Shown here in pieces: positions 33,731-52,003 of a stretch of 64,000 bases of DNA; the stretch's first letter is position 1; the number at the start of each line of letters is the position of its first letter. This DNA is from the human T2T-CHM13v2.0 reference genome, Homo sapiens, in the NCBI RefSeq assembly GCF_009914755.1, contig NC_060933.1; one strand, written 5' to 3'. The notes under the pieces are model-generated. The model was given only the letters and a program-made list of their open reading frames with translations, was not told the origin of the DNA and did no database searches. The translations under genes were made by a program, and so were the position numbers.

Positions 33731-34916
33731 ATGTTCTCAGTTGAAATTTCCAAAAAAGATTTATACATATACATGCATATAAAGGTACAGGATTATTTCT
33801 GGAAGGATCTTCAAGAAATTAGTGTTCCCTGATCCCCAAGTGAGAGAGCCAGTGGTGTGAAGTGAATGACTTTTTTTTTACTCCATATATGTGTTTCTTT
33901 TCATTGATATGAGATAATTTAAAGTATATTTGTAAAAAATATATAGTAGTTATACTCAATGCTTTGCCATGACCATGGAGTTGTTGTCTTGAGGTAAGAT
34001 GTGAAGGATCTTTAAGTTGCAGTGGAGAATAGGAGAGAGTAGAAAGCCATGAGTGTGCTACTGGGGCTTCCCTGAACCTGCAGGTGAGAGCCAGACTCTT
34101 CTGACCTTTTGGATGAGATCAAGAAGGCAGGCAGAAACAGGAAAAGGGTCTCTGATAGAACAGCATGTGTGGGAAAGCATCTATACAGTGGGTTTATAAG
34201 AAAGATAACAGGAATCCCTCATACATTGTATGATGTTTATAACCTTGTAACATTTATTAATGGTATAAATATAAATATAACAATTTTAGTTTTGCACCTT
34301 TGTTTTGCTAGTAACTGACAAGGAACCCACAGTTGTTCATTTGTTCAATGGTTTTGCAGCACTTGTGACTGTCTGTCACCTTGTTGTGACTCTTCTATGT
34401 CATGTGGACAGAGCAGCAGGCCGAGAGCCAGAAGACATGGTACTACTCATGAAGGGGTCTTAACAAGAACATTTCCAACAGCTAGTCACGCAACATGCAT
34501 GAGATTCTTTTACTTTGGTTGAAAAATGAGGGTTATGGTGGAATCGTGTTGGGCCTGAGTGATCCCTAATTCTCTCCTGCTTTTTAAATTGCATGTTTCT
34601 GCTGCAATCTCATAAAGAAGAGGAAATAGCTTCACTTTGCCAACTGAGGAAATAATGGTTCAGGTATTAAGTTCCCACCAAATTCACATTTACAACGGCC
34701 ACATTTTACAGAATTGCATATTTTAGATTTTTGGTGCCATCCTGATGTTTATCAATACAGAAGGTTGGCAAAGAATAATGTTTCAATGCACTAAAAAAAG
34801 AGAATCTGATATGGTTTGAATGAATGGGGTTAAGGTCACTATATCTTATGAATGAACCCAGTGATAGTCTCCATAGTTAGATAGTATTGGATAATTTATT
34901 ATCTTAAAAAGTATGT

Positions 34917-35544
<628 letters not shown>

Positions 35545-35829
35545 GATGGTACCATCCTAGGTCATGAGAAGTTCCAAGTAGGTCCATGGCATGGGTGCTG
35601 AAAAGGAGCAACAGTGAAGGTCATTTACACATGAAGGAATTGCAAGTTCCTAGCACTTAAGTGTCATCCACAAGGAAATTGAAGATTGAGGAATTGAGAA
35701 GATGGTGATGGATGTAAGAAAATGACCCATTTGGAAGATGACACTTGCTAGAAATGGTAGAGGTTGCTGTAATCAGCTGATATTTGTCTAAAAGGATAAG
35801 TGAGATTGTCATTTTGTTTGCTTGCTTGC

Positions 35830-36138
35830 TTTTTTTTTTTTTTTTTTTTTTTTGAGACTGAGTCTCGCTGCATCGCCCAAGCTGGAGTGCAGTGGCCCGA
35901 TCTCGGCTCACTGCAAGCTCCGCCTCCCAGGTTCACGCCATTCTCCTGCATCAGCCTCCTGAGTAGCTGGGACTACAGGCGCCCGCCACCAAGCCTGGCT
36001 AATATTTTTTTGTATTTTTAGTAGAGACAGGGTTTCACCGTGTTAGCCAGGATGGTCTCAATCTCCTGACCTCATAATCTGCCAGCCTCGGCCTCCCAAA
36101 GTGCTGGGATTGCAGGCTTGAGCCACGGCGCCTAGCCT
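35830..36138 (-). mobile_element. AluY
   Basis: Full antisense dimer. Confidence 0.95.
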
Positions 36139-36329
36139 ACTTGCTTCTTTTTATGAACACCAGTAACCAGGAATTGATGGAAATTTACCAGAAATGTTTC
36201 CTGATGCTATGGTAGACAAACTATGGAAATAATGAGTTCTACAAGGGCATTGCAAATGGTGGTCTAGGCTTCAGTGGAGTTGAGGATGTATAGTCAACCC
36301 TTTTTTTGTTGTTTTATTATTTTTTTGTG

Positions 36330-36520
36330 TGCCAGGTATTAGCCTGTGCATTTTATGGGCATCATCTTATTTAATCTTCACAATGGATACCTTCATTTTA
36401 CAGTGGAAGATACTGAAGTTCAGAGACATTAAGTGACTTGTTAAGGCTTGTGACTGGTAAATGGTGGAGTCTGCATTAGAAATCCAGACTGTTGCTTCCA
36501 AGCCATACTCTCAAACGCTA
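36330..36520. mobile_element. MIR
   Basis: cattttacagtggaagatactgaagttcagagacattaagtgacttg MIR core. Confidence 0.75.
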
Positions 36521-37208
36521 TGCTATACAAGGGCATTCTGTGATGATGTTGAGATAGTCCTTTTTGAAAATGTAATGAGTTCCCAGAGGGCACAGAAGGA
36601 AAGAGCTGGAAGGCAGGACCACAGTGAAAGGGTGAGCTAGAAGAATAGAGGTGCTTAGAGTAGAAGAAAAGACAGACTTACTGAGGGGTTTGGGACTTGA
36701 CAGAGCACCCAAAAATGGCAGAGCAGAGAAATATGGGGGAGGATTATGGGCCTTGAGGTTCAGAGTGGACCCTTGCAGGGATGGGGCTTCAGTCTCCACC
36801 CCTGCTCATACCCTTGCTTCCTGGAAACCTATCATGGGCTTTGCTCAGGTTACCCCAGGACTCCAGAAGTTTTATGCTTCTTGGAGTCTGTCTTCTGAGT
36901 AGGAGTGGGAATGTAGATGTGGCAAAGCTGTTCTCACTCCAGTTTGGATGCCAGGTGGTAAGAAGTTTAATTTTTCTGCAAAGTTTATGCCCTTGATTTA
37001 TGAAGGGGTATTGATGTTTCTCAAACTAAGGAACCCAAACCTTTTTTACGTGGTGTAAGGACATTACATGCTGAAAACTTGATTTTTGCTTTGGTTCCAC
37101 TATTAATTTGCTGGGTGACTTTCGGCAGGTCACAGCTTCTTTGAGTACCTGGTTTCCTTTTTTTAAGCTCAGAAATTCAGCTGCGTGACCTTTAAGATTT
37201 CATATGCT

Positions 37209-37510
37209 CGCCAGGCGCAGTGGCTCACGCCTGTAATCCCAGCACTTTGGGAGGCCGAGGTGGGTGGATCACGAGGTCAGGAGATCGAGACCATCCTGGC
37301 TAACATGGTGAAACCCCGTCTCTACTAAAAATACAAAAAATTAGCTGGGCGTGGTGGCAGGCACCTGTAGTCCCAGCTACTTAGGAGGCAGGAGAATGGT
37401 GTGAACCCGGGAGGCAGAGCTTGCAGTGAGTCGGGATTGCGCCACTGCACTCCAGCCTGGGCGACAGAGCAAGACTCCATCTCAAACAAACAAACAAACA
37501 AACAAACAAA
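37209..37510 (+). mobile_element. AluY with (CAAA)n tail
   Basis: Dimer; TSD atatgctc. Confidence 0.95.
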
Positions 37511-37599
37511 ATATGTAATATGCTCTGAAGTTTTGCCGACATGAACTTTCTTCCTTCACAACCTGTACCCCAGCCCTAGGCATCATTGTTCCTGTTCTG

Positions 37600-38085
37600 T
37601 ACCACTGCATAGAACAAGCTGCCTCCTAATTTAGTGAATGAACACACTGCATTGATTTCATGGCAGGGGATGGTGATGTTGATTACTCCAGATTAGTTCT
37701 CACTTGTGACTCCTCAGATGGCAGACAAGGCTGAAGCTGTCAGAAAGCTTCTGCACCTCTATACCTGGCACCTGGAATGCTATGGATTGAAGAGCTAGGA
37801 GCTGGTCAGGTAACTTGGTCTCCACACAGCCTCTCCATGTGACAAGCTTGAGGTTCCTCACAGTATGACAGTCTTGGGCTAGTCAGAGTTTTTGTAGAGA
37901 GCTTGGCTTTCCCCAGATTCCCCTGCATTCCACGAGACCCAGGCAAAAGCTAAAAAGCTTCTTATGTCCTAATCTTGGAATCTGCAAATGCAGATTCATG
38001 GGGGCACAGAAATAGATACCACCTCTCAATGGGCGAATGACCTGATAGAAAAGAAGGGAAGAAAGGAGCGGCCACTTTGCAGGCA
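37600..38085 (-). mobile_element. Old MLT1-type LTR remnant
   Basis: ggtctccacacagcctctccatgtgacaagcttgaggttcctcacagtatg MLT1-like. Confidence 0.6.
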
Positions 38086-39129
38086 AGTTCATAGTCATTC
38101 TGTCTTAATAAACCTCATCCCAGGTTGCTAATTCCAAACAAATTTCCCAGACCTAAACATACAAAGAGGAAGGAGAAAGCAATTTACCATTCATAAATAG
38201 ATTGAAATTAACATTAATACTTACATCTTCATTTTATTCCATGCCCGAAGGTAGAATAATTTAATAATGTTAATTATTTTTTCCAGTCATGACTTGCTGA
38301 GCCAATTAATTTTTTTCATTTATTTTCTCATTTATTCTTTCTTCAGGGTTTGAATTGGCTTTGTTTTCTGCTTTTTCATATCTTGATTTTAGCCATATTC
38401 AATCCAATTACAGTTTTCTTTCAGTTTTTACTTTCTTTTTATTGTCAACACTTTGCTTCTTTGTATATTGAATTTCCCACCCTTAATGCAAGGATGTCTA
38501 GTCAGTAGCTGCTAGAGGTGTAACTACTGATTTATTTTTTCTTCTGTATGGAGCCAGTGTCAAGCTAGTCTAGTAGTCAGTCTCCTAAGAAACTTTATTA
38601 TCTCTTTCAGCTTCACTGGCTGTATTCGCTGGGAAGCAGTTTAACGACACTGGCTGATCTTAACAGGTTGCTATAACCACTTGAAGGCACAATAAATGTG
38701 GGAGGAAAATGTTCTTTTTCTTCTCTCTTGGTGGAAAAATAGATGTATAATTTTCTAGCTTTCTTTTCTCCATTTGGGTTAATGATATGAAGAAGATTTC
38801 TGCTAGTTTAAGTGTAATTAAAAGAGAGAGATTGGTAACCTCTGGATAACGGTGGGCATTTTGAGGATTGCACTGTGTAGAGCTGATGATGAAAGAGCTT
38901 CTCTAGCTAATATGTGCTCAAACACACAGTGACAAGAACTAGAATGACAAAATCCAGGCTGTATGCTTCTGAATGGTATGGATGACGAGTGGATTTTTCA
39001 CCACCTGGTATGAACATGGGATGTTAGGTGGAGACAGACAGCAGATACCTTTGGGTATCTGGGAAACTTATACCTCCTGCTGTGATGGCGATGAAGCACT
39101 CAGGCCTTTTGTGTTATAGAATTGGGATT

Positions 39130-39722
39130 TGTGGTAGGCAGGATTCTAAAGATGGCGCTCCCAAGGCGATATCCCATCCACCTGGCATACAAACCCTGCC
39201 TAACCCCGGGAACCATGAATATAATGTGTTTGACTCCTGTAATTAGGTCATTTGTATGGCACAATTGTCACTAAGATAGGGATATTATTTGAGTGCATTG
39301 ACTTAATCAGAGGTGCACCTGACTTAATCAGAACTTTGAAGAAGTCGGAGAGGTGAGAAGCCTGAGAGAGTTGATGATGCGAGAGTTTCTCTGCTGCTGA
39401 GATGCAAGGCCGCGTGGGGAGGCCTTGAGAGGAATCTCTGGAAGCTGAGAGGGGTCTGCAGCTGGCAGCTAGGAAGATGGTGCATACTGAGTCATACAAT
39501 CACAAGGAAACAAATTCTGCTGATAACCTGAGGGGTCTTGGAAGCAGCTCTTTCCCTGGCTGAGCCTCCAAGATGAGAATGTATCCAGGCAACATCTTGA
39601 TTCCAACCTCACGAGACCCCAAGCAGACTCCCATGGATCGGGAGACATATGACATAATAAATGCATATCATTTTAAGCCAGTGAGTCTGTGGCAAAATTT
39701 GCAGCAACAGAAAATAAACACA
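39130..39722 (+). mobile_element. MLT1E/F-type MaLR LTR
   Basis: tgtggtaggcaggattctaaagatggc start; tttaagccagtgagtctgtggcaaaatttgcagcaacagaaaataaaca end. Confidence 0.85.
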
Positions 39723-40076
39723 GCAACCACCCCATTTATGAAAATGCACCTTAGAATTTAATTTTCATAATTTCATAGAGATTCTGCGAATGTTTTTGTA
39801 TTATGAAAGTGATTCAGCTGTTCTCACTCCAGTTTGGAGACTTTAGGGGAGAATTCCTATACTGTAACTTATGTTTCGAAATATTCTGATGGGCACGTTT
39901 GAGCTCTGTAAGTTCTTCCTGCCTTATTTCCAGCTGTGTTTCACAGTGATTGCACAGACTTCGGTCCCTGCAGGATTGGCCTTACTATTGCAGAAAGAAA
40001 AACACCAGATTCAAAAACTGTCACATGACAATGATAACAAGGTGCCTTCGAGATGCAATGTGGTCAGGAGTCTCAC

Positions 40077-40180
40077 GTATAAAAAGGATCCATTCATTGA
40101 CTCTTTATAATTGGAGATTCTTCTACAAAATGCTTCAGTTTTCTCCCACTGATGAGTGGTGTCTGTTTCTCTGGAGAGTG
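40077..40180 (-). pseudogene. Candidate exon (104 nt) followed by a 92-nt intron-like spacer
   Basis: Acceptor gtctttctccaAG, donor tac|GTGAGA; open frame LSRETDTTHQWEKTEAFCRRISNYKESMNGSFLY; next acceptor tttttctttctgcaatAG at 39985. Confidence 0.5.
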
Positions 40181-40616
40181 CTTGGAGAAAGACAATGTGG
40201 AGTACTGTGGAATATTGATGGATGTTGTACGTTTATAGCTAAAGCAACCTTCCCTCATGCCACCAGCATCAGGCAGTTCATATCATAAGACCAAGCACAG
40301 AACTTATTTTTTCTTCATGTTTTCTCCCAACACCGAGGCTTTTTCTTCTGCTATGCTCCTCTGTCACCTAGCTCTGCAACTTCCCCAACTTCTTGCACCC
40401 TCTTAGTCCCTGTTCTCTCTATGACCCCGCCTCATCGCTTCTCCACAATAACTTCCTCATACAATTTTCATGAGGGTAACCTAGAAGAGTGACAGGTACC
40501 CAAAGCATATACTTTATGCTGAGCATTTGATGTCATCCAATGTCCTTTCCAAAAGGAACCATTTCTGCTAGGTTGGTATTCTCCAAAGCCCAAAAGTCCT
40601 TAGAAGTGCTCCATAG

Positions 40617-41284
<668 letters not shown>

Positions 41285-42027
41285 TTATGGAGCAGCCTCT
41301 CAGGCCCTCAGGCCCCATGAGCCCAAATCTCTTTCTGGGAGATTCGAAGAGATGCACAGGTCACTCCACCAGGTAATGGGGCAGGTCCAATAAACTGTAA
41401 CCTCATGCAACCAGCAATGCCTGAGAAGTGGGTTCTGAAAGGGCTCAGCAATCTCATGTAGCCTCTCCAGGACTCTCTCACCTTCCTTCACAGTAAGTCC
41501 TTTGTGAGTCAGGCTCATATAAGGAGAATGTGACTTTCCTTACCTCAGCTCTTCACACCTATGGACATCTTTAATTGTTACTGCAAATTGACCACAACTT
41601 TGTTGTAACTGTAGCAATTTGCAAAAGAAGTGTATGTGTGTTGGGTGATGGGTGGGTGACGGGCACCTGGTTTTGCACCAGGAAATAAAATAATTTGCAA
41701 TTTCAGGTCTTTAAAGAATGTTGAGTCTATGATAGTCCGACTGACGCACAGACGTTAGCCCAGAAAGACTGTGGCAGACCTCTGATTTACAGAGCTGTAA
41801 GATGGAGTGTTTCCTGGTCTCCTTTGCCACGCATTATTTCCTCCCTTTTCTGAACTTCCCGGCATGAGGTTTGCCTACATGCCTATGTCAGGCACTGAGT
41901 TGTGACAATCCTGAAAGTGAGGTCCCTGTCTCTCTATGCCTAGTATGCTATCTCACCAAAGTCAGTCTTTCGAAAGTATGTGAGGATTTATTGCATTCCA
42001 GTTAAAAGCAGCTGCCTCATTATATGA

Positions 42028-42354
<327 letters not shown>

Positions 42355-43840
42355 CCATTATACCAAATCTTAAAACAGATAATTCCCTGTGTATAGAACA
42401 TATTGCAGCTATGCTCAGGGGAGATGATATTCCTAGCACTAAATTACCTTTTTTGAACTATTGAGTAAATGTAGTCTCAACAGTGCAATGCTTAAAGACA
42501 AACACTATTTTTTATTTCTTGCAAAATAATATTTTATTCACAAAATATCCATTATAAGGCTGAAGAGTTCAATGATATCCATATGGTGAAATATGTAAAC
42601 AAACAAATCTTTATAGTTGCTAAGAGCTTAGCGATGCATTTACATGCTCTTCCAGCCTATTGGCATTTAACCTGCATTAATCACTTTTGAATAATTAATA
42701 CTATGATCTCCCATTGTTCATTCAACTCAATAAGGTGAAACTTTAAAAACCACACTGATTAAGATCTTCCAACTTGAAAACCTCTATTCTTTTCTCTATG
42801 TTAGTTTGCTAAGAATGTGAGCTACTAGTTTTTAAAGAAATATAGTTCTAGACAGAAATAGAATAGAGATTGCACACATTCATAAATTTGTCTGACTCCT
42901 AACAAGAGTACCTTGTCAAGGGTAATATGGCTTATGTGTTAGAAATATAATTTAAAATTAATAAAATACCAATTTTATCACATTATGGTAATGTTTACTG
43001 CTTTCCTGAAGTGTTTGAGATTTTCCTGTAGAATGTACTTGGAGCATGTACAGTTACACAATGAAAGTAATAAACTATTAAATCAAAAAAATATTTTAGA
43101 AACACTCAGTATATGAACCTCTTGCTCTAGCATAAACTATTTATATGTTTTACATCCGGTGTTAGGACATAGGCATTTTTCTTACAGAAATTCTCAAATA
43201 AGGACAAAACATCCCCCTAATATGTAGTAGAATGTTTACTGCAGCACTGTTTGTAATAATAATTTCTAAAAACCTGACAACTCTCTAGAATGTTATCAGT
43301 GAGGGATAGAAAAATCATTCTGAATCCTTGCTATCTAGCAGGGTGCAGCTGTGAGAAAGTAGGAGAGAAACCTAGCTACGGCGTGACACGGAGAGATCAC
43401 CAAGACAGAAATGACATGAGAGAAGAAAGGAAGTCAGATAATAATGCATAAAGTAATATTCCATTGATGCTAGAATGCAGCCAGACAACACAGTGTGTTT
43501 AGAGAAATTTACTTAGCTAAACTTAGACATTGTTTGAAACTTTTATAAAAATGCATTTGTGGTCTACAAATATGTACATTAGTAAAAATAAAACAGCACT
43601 TATTGTGCATGCACACTCAGTGCATCTCTCTGAAGTGAGAACTCATAATTTTCCAGATGAGGAAACTCAGGCACAATGAGGTTAAGGGATTTCACCCAGA
43701 GCCCACGTTCAGTGAGCAGGGAGCTTTGTAAGGCTCTGGAGTCTTTGTTCTTAATCATTGTTGCTGTATTATGCTTTGAGTAATGAAAACAAATCAACTC
43801 AGGAGTTTTAACCAAAAACATCTGTTAAAGAAAATGAGGA

Positions 43841-44171
<331 letters not shown>

Positions 44172-44582
44172 CTAAGATCTCTTAAGCAATTACATCTTAC
44201 AGGAGTGTGAGCTTTGGGGTCAGCTGGCTTTGGGTGAGACTCCAGTTTTGATGCTGACACTTGACTGTGGGCAGTTAACTAAGTCCCACTGAGCTGGTTT
44301 CGAACCCATAAAATGTAAAGTGTAGGCACTGCTTTATGGGGTTACTGTAGTGAGAGGGGCTGGTCCTGAGGCAACCTGGGGATAGTTCCTAGCAAGTGCT
44401 CAGGAATAATATCACTTTCCCCCATGACTCCAAAATCCCAGGATCTTTAGTCTTACCTGAATATGTATGGAGTAAAACATATTCCCAAGTTATGAGATCT
44501 CTCTGGAGCTCAGTCTTTCATATCAAACTGCTAACCAGACACCTCCACTTGCATGAGCCACGGACCATTAATACTCAGTCTA

Positions 44583-44880
44583 TTTGTTTGTTTGTTTGTT
44601 TGTTTGTTTGAGACGGAATCACCCAGGCTGGAGTGCAGTGACACAATCTTGGCTCACTGCAACCTTCGCAACTTCTGTCTCCTGGGTTCTAGCGATTCTC
44701 CTGCCTCAGCCTCAGAGTAGCTGGGATTACAGGTGAGGTGCCTCCGTGCCCGGCTAATTTTTGTATTTTTAGTAGAGACGGGGTTTCACCATATTGGCCA
44801 GGCTGGTCTCGAACTCCTAACGTCAGGTGATCCACCCCCACGCCCCCTCGGCCTCCCAAAGTGCCCGGATTACAGGCGTG
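44583..44880 (-). mobile_element. Alu (AluS-like, rearranged)
   Basis: TSD aatactcagtct(a/g)tttg. Confidence 0.92.
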
Positions 44881-44899
44881 CAATACTCAGTCTGTTTGA

Positions 44900-46655
<1,756 letters not shown>

Positions 46656-46905
46656 ATATCTGATCAGTGATTTGATGATAAAAAATACAGTATATAATGA
46701 ATACCTAGAAGTTTATTATAGTTAAATGGGCCGTCTCTGAGATGGAATAACTTCACTACGATTTATGTGTTTTAGAAAAATAATGACATATAATTCACAG
46801 ATTTAATGACAGTGTCACATCTATACTTCCATTTTATGTGGCATATTGTAGAAAGAGCGAGTTTTATTATCCAGATTACCTAATAAGGAAACAGTGTTTA
46901 AATGC

Positions 46906-47560
46906 TGATATGGTTTGGCTGCGTCCCCAGTGATTCAAAGACCAAAAGGGTTTAAATAAAAAGAAGACCAAAGGAAATAAATAGAAAAGAGGAGGGAATT
47001 TATGAGAAACCATTTTAAATGGTCCATTTTCAAGGCATGATAAATCAAAAGTACTGGAAGCCAGCCTGCAAATTTAACAAACCGCACTGCTCATGCACCT
47101 AGAAGGTCACAGTAAGCAAACAGTGAAAAGGAGGGGTCAGCCCATAAAAGGGAAAAAAGTTTCATTATTGGGAAATTGAAACAAGCAAGAAAGAGGACCG
47201 AGATATAACCTTATAAGGGGGATAATGAAACGTAGGTGACATCCAGGAAAATTGTAACCCCATAGCACTCAACCAATGAGGAACTTGGGGAGGGACTTGC
47301 GTACTAGAAGATAAATTACTTGTTGTGACTGCCCCAGATGTACCTACCTACCAGACACCCAATCTTGCAAGACCATTATTAAGTCTCACTTTCGCTTTTC
47401 TTCATGCCTCTAAGTCCATTCTTTGGGTTTGGATGGATGAGTAGATTTCTCACACCCACTCAAATCTCATCTTGAATTTCTACGTGTCGTGGGAGGGACC
47501 TGGTGTGAGGTAATTGAATCATGCAGGCAGGTATTTCCCATGCTATCTGTGTGATAGGAA
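46906..47560 (+). mobile_element. THE1 LTR 5' part split by an ERV1-type solo LTR (46931-47453)
   Basis: tgatatggtttggctgcgtccccag | tg...ttctcaca | cccactcaaatctcatcttgaatt; TSD cccag/cccac. Confidence 0.85.
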
Positions 47561-47685
47561 CGGTGTCTCTTGCACACAGATGGTACTAACTTCAACTATG
47601 TCAAACAAAAAGTTGTTTGTTACTTAACAGTCATCTCATTTGCTACTATACCTTCAAGAATAAGCCACTGATTCAATTTATCTAA

Positions 47686-48095
<410 letters not shown>

Positions 48096-48416
48096 TTAAC
48101 TTCAATGTTCTTAAAATCACTCTGCCTCCTTTGCATTATGGTATAAAAATAGAACAATCTTTTTCCTATTGATTTCTAAATGCTTGAAGTCTCCTCTCCT
48201 TCTCTTTAAAACCCAATCTGATAGTGTGGATTTAACATGCCTACCTTCAACATTTTGTTATTTGTATTAAGTTATTTCACTTTATTATTTTTTAAATTAT
48301 ATGCCTTATAAGTCAGGTTTGGACTTTTACTCCTGGTTGGGAATTCTTAAATAAAATAAAGAGTGATTAGTTGTCAAAGTTTACTTCAAGCATAGCTAAG
48401 AAAATTTGGCCCATAG

Positions 48417-48750
<334 letters not shown>

Positions 48751-48933
48751 GATCTGTGTTTTATCTATCAAGAAGTGTTTCTCATTTTCAATCTACGAGT
48801 CATGATTAAGGAATTAATAGAAGAACACCCAATGTCCTTGTTCAACAGGAATTATCAGGGTTAAGTCAAATTCTTATAACTCAGCGGTTAATTACTCAAT
48901 TTTTGCATTTTGTTATATAAATTTTTACCCGGT

Positions 48934-48973
48934 CTACTTTGCAAGTAGTTTCAAATAACTACTTGCAAAGTAG
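48934..48973. repeat. Perfect 17-bp inverted repeat, 6-nt loop
   Basis: ctactttgcaagtagtt-tcaaat-aactacttgcaaagtag. Confidence 0.95.
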
Positions 48974-49674
48974 TCACTAGCTGTTATCAATCTATTCATG
49001 ATTTGCCATGGTAATTTCTTCCTATCACTCATCTCTTCTGCATTGCTGAGTAAAGGAAACAGTGATCAACTTAAAGCATGTGGAAAACAAAATAAATAGA
49101 GACTGAGAGAAAAACAGCAAATTTTACTTGTGTATTTAGTATTTTCTTCCTTTCTGTGGCTTGATTTTATTTGATGTTTGGAACACAATCTATTTCTAAA
49201 ATTTGTGGGGACAGTTCCATCTTTTGGTTTCTGTGTTTGCATTTCCACCTCACTTCCTTAAATTAATTTTCTTCCATAATATTTCATGTTAACATATATC
49301 TAGGTTTTGTGATCACACACAAACACACACAAAGACACACACAGCTCTTCTTGAAGTTTGTACACCATTTACACCATTTCTCTGGACTGTTGAGTCTATT
49401 ATGATTGTTTACATTGAGGGATGAATTTTTGAAGACATATGAATTGAAACAAAGGTCAGTGGACCAATTCAGTGTCTTGCAAAGTTGTTTATTATAATGA
49501 GATTATTATCAGGGCTTTAAGCCTTTTAGGCCATGAGGAACAATTAATGGCACTCCAAATTTACATTGAGTAAATTAATATTTGTAATACTTTATATATC
49601 TTTTGCCCCCCAAAATAAAATAATATAGTATTAAATCAACTCAAGAGAAAATTTTAGGAAACAACATGTTTATA

Positions 49675-50850
<1,176 letters not shown>

Positions 50851-51011
50851 GCCTATAATATGTGAGACTAATACTTCATTGTAACATGAAGCATTTCATG
50901 CTACAAAGTACTCAGATGCTGGACAAATTATGACATATAAATCTTAAAAGATATTGATGAGCTTCCAATCCAGTAATTATAAGCTCCACCCACCTACTCA
51001 CTCTAGGGACT

Positions 51012-52003
51012 TGATATGGTTTGGCTGTGTCCCCACCGAAATCTCATCTTGAATTCCCATATTTTGTGGGAGAGACCTGGTGGGAGGTAATTGAATCATG
51101 GGGGCAAATCTTTCCCATGCTGTTATCGTGATAGTGAATAAGTCTTACACGATCTGATGGTTTTAAAAAGAGGAGTTCCTCATGGACACACGGAGGGGAA
51201 CATCACACACCCAGGGCCTGTCATGGTTGGGGGAAAGGGGAGGGAGAGCATTAGAATAAATACCTAATGCATGCAGGGCTTAAAAACCTAGATGACAGGT
51301 TGATAGGTGAAGCAAAACATCATGAGACATGTATACCTATGTAACGAAACTGCATGTTCTGCACATGTATCCCAGAACTTAAAATAAAAATAAATAAATA
51401 AATAAATACATACACATATATGCACAACAAAAATAAAAATAAAGCACAAGCTCTCTCTCTTTTTGCCTGCTGCCATCCATGTAAGACGTGACTTGCTCCT
51501 CCTTGCCTTCTGCCAGGGTTGCAAGGCTTCCCCAGCCACATGAAACTGTTAAGCCCAATAAACCTTTCTTTTGTAAATTGCCCAGTCTTGGGTATGCCTT
51601 TATCAGCAGCGTGAAAACAGACTAATACAGTAAATTGGTACCAGTAGAGTGGGGTGCTGCTGAAAAGACATCCGAAAATGCGGAAGCAATTTTGGAACTG
51701 GGTAAAAGGCAGAGGTTGGAACAGTTTAGAGGGCTCAGAAGAAGACAGGAAAATATGGGAAAGTTTGAAACTTCCCAGAGACTTGTTGAATGGCTTTGAC
51801 AAAAAAGCTGATAGTGATATGAACAATAAGGGCCAGGCTGAGGTGGTCTCAGATGGAGATGAGCAACTTGTTGGGAACTGGAGCAAAAGTGACTCTTGTT
51901 ATGTTTTAGCAAAGAGACTGGCAGCATTTTGCCCCTGCCCTAGAGATTTGTGGAACTTTGAACTTCAGAGAGATGATTTAGATTATCTGACAGAAGAAAT
52001 TTC
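51012..52003 (+). mobile_element. THE1(A-like) 5' LTR (51012-51629) + start of THE1-int (51630-52003); LTR split by an L1PA 3' fragment (~51181-51443)
   Basis: tgatatggtttggctgtgtcccc...actaataca then gtaaattggtaccagtagagtggggtgctgctgaaaaga (THE1-int). Confidence 0.92.
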
